Shown here: piece by piece, positions 12,913 through 24,214 of the stretch
Layout: every line of letters begins with the position of its first letter
Numbering within the stretch: position 1 is the stretch's first letter
Assembly (NCBI GenBank): GCA_964016885.1
Contig: OZ024742.1
Location: 160,580,001 to 160,644,000, forward strand
Direction of reading: 5' to 3'
Length of the DNA stretch: 64,000 bases
From: Eledone cirrhosa
Lineage: Eukaryota
The notes under the pieces: model-generated
What the model was told of the DNA's origin: nothing
Seen by the model: the letters and a program-made list of their open reading frames with translations, nothing else
Databases searched by the model: none
Made by a program: the position numbers and the translations under genes

Positions 12913-13036
12913 TTCCATTTTTGTCTTAGAAGAAATCTCCAATACTCGGACATGGAGATTGATAGGCTCCGCCAAGCTTAAAGTATCGAAGTCACGCCGT
13001 GTGTCATTACATAGATCTACGACTCCATCATGAGTT
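12640..13036 (+). mobile_element. tRNA-derived SINE, long-tail subfamily (related minus copies ~15155-15400, 16565-16800, 35580-35890)
   Basis: GTTCAAATTCC B-box, shared core, (CT)n, then a shared 3' part ending GACTCCATCA(T/G)GAGTT. Confidence 0.55.
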
Positions 13037-13660
13037 ATGGATGAATCCATCCATCCATCCATACTAACATACATACATATATACATATATACATACATAC
13101 ATAATATATACATACATACATATATACATATATACATATATACATATATACATATATATATATGACAAGTAAATATGTTTTGAAACAGTGAGCAGGTTTG
13201 AAATTAGAAAATAGAATAACTTTCACCGTATTTTTGACTAAAGAAATTTTAGCCTGATAATGGGTCTTAGAACCCTCAGATAAATGGAAAAAGATGAATA
13301 TTGACGTACATTAGTTGACTGAGTCTAAAAATGTTGGTTGTTTGCCAGGAGGAGACAAAGGCAAAGGGGCCTACCCACAACTACAATACTATCATTTGAT
13401 TTTTATATCGAAGTTTTATACGGATTATAGAATATATTAAGTATTTCTTACTTTCTTCAATAAAAAAGATCTTGTGAAATATGCACTTCCACAAAATAAC
13501 AGAAATGAGCTTCGGTCTTTCACACTCAATATATATAATGTTTGAGGTATTTCTCTCAGCTTTTATGTTCTAAGTTCAAATCTCACTGTGGTCGACTTTG
13601 CTTTTCATCCTCCCGAGCTCAATAAAATAAAGTCTCAAACCTAAACTAGAAATCATTTTC

Positions 13661-13880
13661 GGGCGGTGCATTGACAAAATCGTTAGAACGTTGGATAAAA
13701 TGCCATTGCAGAGGTTGTTCTGGCTTTTTACATTCTGCGTTCAAATCCTGTCGAGGCCAAATGTGTTTTTCATCCTTCCAGAATCGATAAAATAAAATAC
13801 CAATTAAGTACTGGGGTTGATATAAACAACTTTGTCCTACTCTAAATTTGCTGGTCCTTTGTCTAAATTAGAAATCAATA
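13661..13880 (+). mobile_element. tRNA-derived SINE
   Basis: GGCGGTGCATTGAC head, GTTCAAATCC B-box, TTTCATCC..TCGATAAAATAAAATACCA core. Confidence 0.7.
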
Positions 13881-14454
13881 TTTTTATTAGCTATTCAGTT
13901 TCTTCGGAAGGGGATACCTCTAACTGAATATGAGTCCTAACATTAATTAAACTAGCAGAAAAACCACCCTTCAGGTGATTTTCTGCTAGCATGTGTAGTG
14001 CTCATATTGATATTATACGCAAATATATATGCATGTAGATATGATATGTCAAATAAAATCGTAATTGACAATATCCACAGAAATTGAAGAGAGTCTGTGT
14101 TACACTCTCTTCTGCAATCAGTAAAGTAATCCATGATACATTTAGAAAAGACGATATGATATATATAAACTGCATTAGGAGAAAATTAGCGACGGAAATA
14201 TATGCGATGTGTCTATAAGTGTTATAATATAACGCACGCTAACCAGAAGTGTTGACATTTGAAAATTTAAAGAAGTAAATCTTTAAATAAGCAATAAAAT
14301 TATTAATATTTAATCAAGAGTTACGAATTAAGTACATATATTATGTAATATTCATTCATTATTTATTCAAAGTAATCCAACTTATTTTACAAACGGGATA
14401 AAAAAAAAATATTCTGGACGCAGTCCCGCACTCCTTTATTTATTATAGTTAAGA

Positions 14455-14571
14455 CTAGCAGAATGGCCCGGCGTTGCTCGGGATTTGCTCTAGGGTTCTT
14501 ATATATTTGATATATATTTATCCTTATTGAGCCTCGTGAAATAAATACGTTTGTTTATAGTGTATGCAATA

Positions 14572-14611
<40 letters not shown>

Positions 14612-14662
14612 TAACAGATTAAATTTTAAGCAAAGAATCGCTGCTTTCACCCTTAACGGGAT

Positions 14663-14725
<63 letters not shown>

Positions 14726-15047
14726 CTATATATACATATATACACACACACATATAGCGTCATAATGTCGTAATGCAGACACCCAGATATACATACAAAT
14801 ATTATAAGGGCGCAACGTTATATCTATGTATCTATCTAAAAAGAAAGACTAAGAATTATAGAGAGAGATCGCTAAATCGCCTAATGCGGTCCCTAGGGCA
14901 TTGAAAATTTGAAATTTCTTTTGCTCAAAACACTCATAGGACCATAAGTATTACATGTGTAAAGTTTGAAAACAATCGGTTGGGTGTTTCTCGAGTTTTA
15001 AGGAGTCAGACAGGCAGACATTCTCTATTTTAGATATATAAATAAGA
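14455..15047 (-). mobile_element. Non-autonomous Helitron with nested family-B fragments and (TA)n
   Basis: Minus-strand 3' end CCCGAGCAACGCCGGGCCATTCTG-CTAG; 5' end TC..TATATATCTAAAA..TGTCTGCCTGTCTG. Confidence 0.6.
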
Positions 15048-17320
15048 GACACCACATTGTATACACTTAGTATTTGTTATATTTATTCTTCTAATACTCG
15101 TAGACAGTTGTTTCAACATAGTTGTGTTTCTTCTGAATGAGCTAGTTAGAAATACCCTGAACTCCTGATGTGATAGGAGTGACGTTGTGATATTGGGCAT
15201 TTAACCTGACGGAGTCCATCTCTCTCCATGTCTGAACATGATCATTTTTCAGGAGAGAGAGAATGAGAGAGGTAACAGAGAGGAAGGGTGAAAATGAGAG
15301 AGGTGGAGACGAATCGACCCCAGTAATGGACTTCGATCTCGAAAGGATGACGAGCAAAGTTGACCTAAAGCCGAAACAAATACCATGAGGCATTCAATTC
15401 GACATGTAATCCCCAACATACATTACATTACATTTATTAAATATTTATTAAATATTAAGAAAGAAAGCAAACATTTATAGAGATAGGTAAATATGTATTT
15501 GATACAAATATTTTATTAAAAATGTTTGACAAATTCAATATGGTTTACAGCTTGGTTCAAATCAACTAAAAAAGAAGGTAAATTTAAATCAATATACAGA
15601 TTTAAGTATTTTAGATTATAATATGGCAATTTTTTTCTAACATTTTCTAGCAATTTGAGAGAAGAGAAAATCGATTATACTTCCCCAATATTTAAATACT
15701 ACTTTCTTTTATCGACACCGGAAGAATGAAATGCAAAGTTGACGACGTCAGGATTTAAAATCAGAACGTAACTAAATACTGCAAGACATTTTGACCGACG
15801 CTCTGATGATTCTATCAATCCATCACCCCTGAAAGAATTATTTCTAACTTTGGCACAAAGCCAGACATTTGGGACAAGGGAATACTCGATAACTGAAATT
15901 ATGCTATGGGCCCTATACTACTGACTGAGTCATAGGGTCGCCGTAGGGATACGCAGTGTGTCTTAGGGCTTTAGATCTGGCACACTCTCCAGGTCTGAAC
16001 ACAGCTGATTTCTTTTAGTGAGGAGGGAGCCCCGCGATGTTGGGTGGCTGTTGCAGCGGGTGTCACTGGCCATCGTCCACGGGAATGCTTTTGCCGTCTT
16101 GTCCGCGGGGCGTAGCACTCCTTCCCCCTTTCCCTAGGCCCAAAGCCCAATCACCCTCTCTCTTCACCCCTCCCCCCTCTTCTGCGACACCAGAGCTCTT
16201 GCCATCCCCTCCCCTTCCCGTTCTTTTTCTTCTTTCTCTTTCACTTTTTTCTCTATATTTCTCTATTCTTTCTTTCCTTGTTTCCCCTTTTTTTATATTG
16301 CCGTTATCATAGGTGTCTTTATTATTATTATATGCATCAAAGATTTACGCCCCTTTAAGGTTAACTTTGCCTTTCATCATTACGAGGTCGATGAAATAAA
16401 GTACCAGTAATGCACTGAGATAATTGCCGGTCTTGTGCCAAAAGTAGAAATAATAATAATTATTATTATTGTTAGTGTAAAGAATATATATTTATAGTTG
16501 ACTATAGTAGAATATTTTAGATAAAATGTTTTATTGTTATATATGGTATAGTACTATGGTCCCGAAACTCCTGATGGAGTCGTGAGGGCGCCGTAGTGAC
16601 ATATGGCGTTTCTTGGGTATTTTTCTCCTCCGGGCCTGAGGACAGCAGATTTCTTCCAGAGAAAGATAAAAAGTGACAGAGAGGAAATGAGAAAGAGATA
16701 TATAGTAAGAATCGAAACTAGTACTAAGCTGGAACTTTTTTTATCGACCTCGAAAGGAGGAAAAGCAAAGATGACCTCGGCAGGATTTTAACACAGAAAG
16801 CAGAGAGACAAAATGAATACCACAAAATATTCTATCTGACTTTCTAACGACATAGAGTAAGAATCGACCCTAGTGCTGAACTGGCACTTTAAATATCGAC
16901 CTGGAAAGGATGAAAGACAAAATTGATCACAACGGGATTTGAAATCAATGCACAGAGAATCGGAACTTATAGCGTAAAGCATTCAATTCGAGGTACTTAT
17001 GGCACTGCCAACTCGCACCTCTTGTTGAAAAAGGCGGAAAAATAAAAATAGAAAAAACCACCACTTCGTTCACTTAAAAAAACAGATTGCAAGCCGTCCA
17101 GATCAGGAACGCGAAAACACAATAGAGTGAATTTATGCCTGACACGTTTATTATGGAAATAAAAGAGGACAACTAAACGTATATGGTTTTATTATAATAC
17201 ATTATTTTACATCATAAACATTCCTTGCCAGTTTTATAATTTACTCATTCCGAAACACCTTTTATTATTATGTTTTTTTCTTTTTGTTGTTGCTTCATTC
17301 TTATATTTCTCGTGAACGAA

Positions 17321-17483
<163 letters not shown>

Positions 17484-17506
17484 TAGACTGTGGCCATGTT
17501 GGGGCA

Positions 17507-17545
<39 letters not shown>

Positions 17546-17643
17546 ACATATATACATATATGTGTATATATGTATATACATATATGTGGGTGTATATATA
17601 CATGTATATATACATATATATATATTTATGTATATATACATAC

Positions 17644-17712
<69 letters not shown>

Positions 17713-17835
17713 GTAGGAGTTGAGTTTTATTGTAGCACAATAAAGCAATGTAAATATCGGATAAGTAGCACTCTGCAGTTTGTAGGACTGGAGTATAAAT
17801 AATATAGATCAAAAGATGGTTAAAAGAGTTCCAAG

Positions 17836-17906
17836 TATTTTATTATGCGCATTTCAAAAACAAATATCATCATGGGATGATATCTGCGTTCTCGTCAGAT
17901 AAAATA
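17836..17906 (-). ncRNA. Type I hammerhead ribozyme in the inverted pLTR
   Basis: Mirror of 21236-21306, with a CTGACGA core. Confidence 0.85.
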
Positions 17907-18390
17907 GGGAGACATGATATGAAGCTTAAAAAACACTTGTGAATAGTGAAATTTTAAATCAACATATGAAATATAAATTAAGTTTGATGTATGAGATTGG
18001 GAAAAAGTGAGAGGGGTGGAAATGGTAAGGAAGAGGAAGAAATGAGAGTAAAGGATGGTGGGGGAGGAGTATAAGAAGGAAGGATCAGAGAGGAGGAGAG
18101 ATGGGTGATAGAGAGAGAGAGAGAGATAGCCTTTACAACTGAGAAAAAAAAATATATTGTCTCACAGAGAGAAATTAAAAAAGCCGTTGGAAGATAATTT
18201 AAAAGATTTGAAATTAAAAGTTAATGAGGTTTATGTATGAAGAAAAAGGAATTAAGAATAGTATTAAATTAAGGTTTGTATATTGATGGGTTTAATAATA
18301 TGTGCGACGAAAAGAATTTATTAATATGTATTATTAAAATAAGAATATTAATGATAATAAGGATATAATGTGAAAAGAAAGAGAAGAATG

Positions 18391-20124
18391 GTTCATTCTA
18401 ATTGCTCTATTTCTAACTTAAATTTATGGTTTGGTACATCTGAAGTAATTGGCTGGTTCAACAACCTGAATAAGAAACACAAACAAAAATTTATTCAATT
18501 TGATATTGCCAGCTGCTATTCTTCTATTTCGCCTTCACTTCTCAACAACGCTCTATCTTTCGCTTTTAAATATTCTGACATCACCACAGATGAACTTTAC
18601 ATCATTCTCACCGCAAGAAAAACTATCTTAGAATTCAACAATGAATATTGGACTAGAGCCTGTACTTCCAACAATTTTGATATCAAAATGGGTGCTTCCG
18701 ATTCATCGCAATTGACTGATTTGATTGGTATTTTTATTTTGAATTCTTAAATCGGAAAAATCCTCAACTTCGCAGTGGAATTTATCGTGACGATGGACTT
18801 TTTACTATCTTAAACTGCAACTTAGTTAACCTTAATATTATTAAGAACAATATACGTGATCTCTTTAAGCACCATAACCTTAAAATTGAATTTGATAACA
18901 ACGTCAAACTACCTAACTTCTTGGATATATACCTTAATCTTGACACTGGCCTATATTACCCTTACCATAAAAACAATGAGAATCTAAATTATGTTAATTT
19001 TAAATCTAACCACCCCACTAACTTTAAAAATGCTATAGTCAGTAATATTGAAAAAAGAATCTCAAACCTATCCTCTAATAAAGATATCTTCAATGCTAAC
19101 CGCAATTACTATAATAATGCGCTTTCTAAAGCCGGTTATCCTGATAAAATTAAATACAGTAAGGAAACCAATCCTAGAAGGTCTTACAGTAAAATAATTA
19201 ATTATGAACATTCCAATAACTTAAATAAAAGACCTACATACAAAAATATAATCTGGTATAATGCTCCTTTTTCTATATCTAGTAATAATAATATTCCTAA
19301 ACTATTCTTTAGGGCCTTAGATAAATGCTTCCCTCCCTCACATATCTATAGTAAAATCTTTAACAAACATACAATAACATTTTCTAAATACACCACTTCC
19401 AACAGCTCTAACATTGTCTCTAAACACAACAATACAATATTAAATAATAAATCACATCCTTCCAACACTGAGCGTCATAATAATAGCAGTAGTACACCCG
19501 GCGTCATTGTTAACTCTAGGCTAGATTCTGTAAATTTAAATACGACGTCTAACGTAACTTCGTTGAATGTTCATAATACCAATCTAAATCAGGAAACTAT
19601 TGTTCCTATCGTAAATAACTTCTCCAATCCAATTCCTTCTATAAATAATACTAGGTCACTTGTTAATAACTCTGTTAATTTCTCTAATCGTAATTGTAAT
19701 TGCCCTATTAAAACTAAATGTCCTCTTAATAACCATTGTCTTGATAAAAAACTTAGTCTATGAATGTAAGGTTATAACTGATACCAATTCTTTTACCTAT
19801 TTCGGTTCCACTTCCACTTCCTTCAAAGCGAGATTTTATAATCACAATTCGTCTTTTAGATACCAACTTAAAAGAACTAACACGGCACTTTCGGAACTCA
19901 TATGGTCCTTGAAAGACAAAAATATTAACTATAACATCTCTTGGAGGAAGGTTTGTTCCGCCTTTCCTTACCTGAATTCTTCCCTATCCAGAACATGTAA
20001 TCTCTGCCTAGCCGAGAAATTTACCATTATATCTAATTTCAATTCTATAATAAATAGACGCACGGATTTATTTTCTCTCTGCTTGCATAAATTCCACAGA
20101 ACATTCCATAAAGTATACAGCTAA
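18391..20124 (+). pseudogene. Disrupted Naiad-type RT + GIY-YIG (pieces 18370-18750, 18921-19763, 19660-20124)
   Basis: LWFGTSEVIGWF, FIQFDI, FDIKMGA, GIYRDDGL (shifted frame at 18777), NFLDI, SNHP, IIWYNAPFS, CNCPIKTKCPLNNHC, LVYEC..YFGST, CNLCLAEK, CLH; frameshifts at ~18748 and ~19748. Confidence 0.9.
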
Positions 20125-21235
20125 TATCTCAATACCTTACAGCTAATATCTCAAAGTCTTATATATCTTTTACAAATATACCCATCTTTCTACCTTATTT
20201 CAATATTATATATTATATAATAAAATTTACTCATTCTATATCATTCCTCTTTATCATTTTCCTTTCTTCCTTTTTTCTTTTTAATTTCTAACCTCTAATC
20301 TGTACTTTTTCTTCCCAACTACTTCTGAATTCATATTATTACTCACCACAACATTGGCCATAAAAATTATTTTTTTAATACATTATAATATTACCATTAG
20401 AAGTCCTTCGTAAACATATACATTTTTTGACGTTAGATTTTTTCTTCCTTAAATTTTTCATATCTCTTTCATGCTCGTTTTAAATCTACTACTTAATTTG
20501 ACTTTTACATATTACAATACATAAAAACAAACTTAAATCCTAACTAATTTCTTTTAATATATTATATTATTACAATTAGAAAATATTTCGTAAACATATA
20601 TACTTTTTGATGTTAGATATTTTCTTCCTTAAACATCCTTTTCTTCTTTCCTTCCGCGCTCATTTTAAACAAACTATTTACGTACACATATTACATTACA
20701 TAAAAACAAACTTAAACCCTAACTAATTCCTCTAAATTCATAACTCATTCATTCTTCTCCTTCTTTTCACATTATATCCTTAATATCATTAATATTTTTA
20801 TTTTAATAATACATATTAATAAATTCTTTCCTCGCACATATTATTAAACCCTTCAATATACAAACCTTAATTTAATACTATTCTTAATTCCTTTTTTTTT
20901 CATGCATAAACCTCATTAACTTTTAATTTCAAAATATTTTAAATTATCTATTATCTTCCAACGGCTTTTTAATTTCTCTCTGTGAGACAATATATATTTT
21001 TTTCTCAGTCGTAAAGGCTATCTCTCTCTCTCTATCACCCATCTCTCCTCCTCTCTCATCCTTCCTTCATATACTCCTCCCCACCATCCTTTACTCTCAT
21101 TTCTTCCTCTTCCTTACCTTTTCCAACACCCCTCACTTTTTCCCAATCTCATACATCAACTTAATTTATTTTTCATATGTTGATTTAAAACTTCACTATT
21201 CACAAGTGTTTTTTAAGCTTCATATCATGTCTCCC

Positions 21236-21306
21236 TATTTTATCTGATGAGAACGCAGATATCATCCCATGATGATATTTGTTTTTGAAATGCGCATAAT
21301 AAAATA
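21236..21306 (+). ncRNA. Type I hammerhead ribozyme in the 3' pLTR
   Basis: TATTTTAT-CTGATGA-GAACGCAGATATCATC ccat GATGATATTTGTTTTT-GAAA-TGCGCA-TA-ATAAAATA. Confidence 0.88.
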
Positions 21307-21336
21307 CTTGGAACTCTTTTAACCATCTTTTGATCT

Positions 21337-21423
<87 letters not shown>

Positions 21424-21489
21424 TTTATGTATATATATATATATATATATATAAAAGTAAGTATGCATACCCACACACCTATATATACA

Positions 21490-21890
21490 CACACATATAT
21501 ACATATACATATGTACGTATGGGTTATATCGAACATTAAGAACAATGTTCGATTCGTTTGTAAACAAACTGCCCGATTAGAAGTTGTGCCATGCCGGTGA
21601 TCGATCGTCACCTGTTTCTTCAACACTGGCTTTGAGGAACAATCAACATGTTTCTGGGCCATTACCCTTCACCAGGACTGTATACCTCTGCCAATGTGTT
21701 GAACGGTTGAAAATATATAGTATTTTCGTGAGCACACATCGTTTTGTTCCTCAAAGCCAGTGTTGAATAAACAGGTGACGATGGATCACCGGCACAGCTT
21801 CTAATCAGGCCGTTTGTTTACAATCGAATCGAACACTACTATTAATGTTCGATATAACCCATATTTACATATGTATATGTATGTGTGTCT
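21490..21890 (-). mobile_element. Divergent subfamily of HHR family A, fold-back; HHR at 21639-21681
   Basis: ACAGTC-CTGGTGA-AGGGTaatgGCCCA-GAAA-CATG-TT-GATTGT; flanks share CAGTGTTGAA, GTTTGTTTACAA and AATGTTCG blocks with family A. Confidence 0.72.
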
Positions 21891-22310
21891 ATATACATAT
21901 ATATATTGACATGTATATATATATATATATTAATATATATTTATATATATATAAATGAAAGGTATAGAAAGTATTGTAGCAAGAAGCCAACAGTATTCCA
22001 TAATATATAAGTGACTATAGCGTCAAAATGGGAAAATAGTTAACGTAAGATGTGGGAAAAATAATTCAAACTTAATTCAAAAAGAATCAGGATATAGATT
22101 TATCCAACAGAATTTAGTGAAATCCAAGGAAAAAATCAATAGAGCCTTAACTCATGATAAAATAAAGTTTAAAATACTCATCATTCAATTTGGGACAACT
22201 ACAAATGCTCTGTATTGTCTTGAAAAAGACTATTTCACGAAAACTTTCAGTGGAGATGTTCACGGTTGGAATACGATCATCAGCAGAGCTCAACACGATA
22301 GATTTATCTG

Positions 22311-22337
<27 letters not shown>

Positions 22338-22343
<6 letters not shown>

Positions 22344-22578
22344 GAGACTGAGGTTGGCTGGACATGCTCACCGACATCCAGAGTTGACATTGCACTCAGT
22401 ACTCCTTTGGGAGCCCCTACATGGACACACTAGAAGAGGAAGACCAAGGTTAACGTATGTTGATGCCCTAAGGACAGACACTGGTCTGATGGAGACGCAG
22501 GACATGGCAGCGATAATGAGGGACAGAGACCGCTGGAGAGAACTCGTCCATGGATCTCGGGAATTTTACCCGCCTTAG
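22338..22578 (+). pseudogene. 3' end of an RTE/RTEX-clade LINE ORF, 5'-truncated, in (TA)n
   Basis: QRRLRLAGH..R..LLWEP.HG..RRGRP..TYVD.L..D..MRDRDRWR. Confidence 0.85.
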
Positions 22579-22648
<70 letters not shown>

Positions 22649-22768
22649 ATGAGTTATATATATATATAAGTTATATATATATATATATATTTTATAAGTT
22701 ATAACTTACTTTTTTTAGCCGAGTTGACTTGTATTCCCATCCCCCAAAATGATATTTTGGTTTAAGTT

Positions 22769-22842
<74 letters not shown>

Positions 22843-22844
<2 letters not shown>

Positions 22845-23432
22845 CGTTTCTGAATTTGTTTAGCAAGATTCTTTATCTGAAATCGTGTGTTGAAACCGAT
22901 ATTGTTATACTTTGGGAGGGTCATGTTGCCAATAAGAAACACACGCACCAGTTGATTTCACTTCAATTTATTATAATAAATTTATAATAAATTTATAAAT
23001 TTATAAATTTCTGGTTGGTTGGTTGGTTCCACAACCAGATAGTTGTTTATATATTGTCATAGTTCTTTCGTCACACACTCTGTGACCTCTTCAGTGACTG
23101 GGGATTCCTTTCTTTGTTTTTGTGCCTCTCCTTTGTTCTGTCCTACGCCATTTTGTTTCTGTGTGTGTGTTGAAACAAAATGGCGTAGGACGGAACAAAG
23201 GAGAGGCACAAAAACAAAGAGAGGAATTCCCAGTCACTGAAGAGGTCACAGAGTGTGTGACGAAAGAACTATGACAATATATAAACAACTATCTGGTTGT
23301 GGAACCAACCAACCAACCAGAAATTTATAAATTTATAAATTTATTATAAATTTATTATAATAAATTGAAGTGAAAGCAACTGGTGCGTGTGTTTCTTATT
23401 GGCAACATGACCCTCCCAAAGTATAACAATAT
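22843..23432. mobile_element. Near-perfect non-coding fold-back (arms 22899-23159 and 23172-23432) with an HHR in each arm and a one-sided tail
   Basis: Direct palindrome; tail 22843-22898; (TA)n flanks. Confidence 0.88.
23233..23275 (+). ncRNA. Type I minimal hammerhead ribozyme (mirror 23056-23098 on minus)
   Basis: GTCA-CTGAAGA-G-GTCAC agagtgt GTGAC-GAAA-GAAC-TA-TGAC. Confidence 0.85.
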
Positions 23433-23434
23433 AT

Positions 23435-23646
<212 letters not shown>

Positions 23647-24214
23647 AGGAGGTTATAGTTCACTTGAAGCATTGTGTAATGAGGTATAAACGTTAGAATA
23701 TGTGTAATAAGGCCAAGACAATGCAGATATGGACATAGAAAAAGAATGCAATAGTGAGAGATATTGATGAGGATTCGTCTTTCACCTTGAATTTATTTAA
23801 ATGTCCTTAATTTTCGAGATAATATCTCTTCTTCGGAGGGAAGTAAAAGTCTCAGACCAGCGTCTAAATTTCCAATGAAGCCATGCTGACCGGAAATAGT
23901 ATAGAGTTCTAACTTTAATATCAAAGAATTAAAATTAGGTGGGTAAAGAGTAGTCTCCCTTTAAGAGGGGTTTGTTTATGTTTTTGTTGTGTTTTTTAAA
24001 TTTTATATGCGTGCCTGTATATGTGTGTGGGAGAAAGCATGAAGGTGTAGGTATGTGTGTGTGTGAGTGTGGGAAGATAGGTCTAATCGTAAAAGTGGGG
24101 GGTAGGTGTTATCTGGTGTTAGAACTGGTTTTGTGTGTGTATGTGTGAGAGAGAATAAGTGGAGGTGTGTGCGTGCGTGTGTGTGGGGTGTGTAAAGTGG
24201 GGCTAGAGGCCCTA

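Larger units (their letters stand above)
17711..21335 (+). mobile_element. Penelope-like retroelement, Naiad-type, 5'-truncated, with ~585-bp inverted pLTR
   Basis: 17807-18390 is the reverse complement of 20750-21335; tail 17711-17806; (TA)n flanks. Confidence 0.9.

Noticed and set aside
15908-15960. Possible HDV-like ribozyme (GGCCCTA...TAGGGTC)
   Set aside because: No L3/P1.1 or J4/2 elements; the sequence belongs to a SINE 3' tail family
16560-16590. GAAACTCC-TGAT-GGAGTC, like an HHR 3' half
   Set aside because: No upstream core; it is the terminal stem-loop of the long-tail SINE on the minus strand
20380-20740. ~180-bp tandem duplication in the Naiad 3' UTR
   Set aside because: Real, but ordinary UTR duplication
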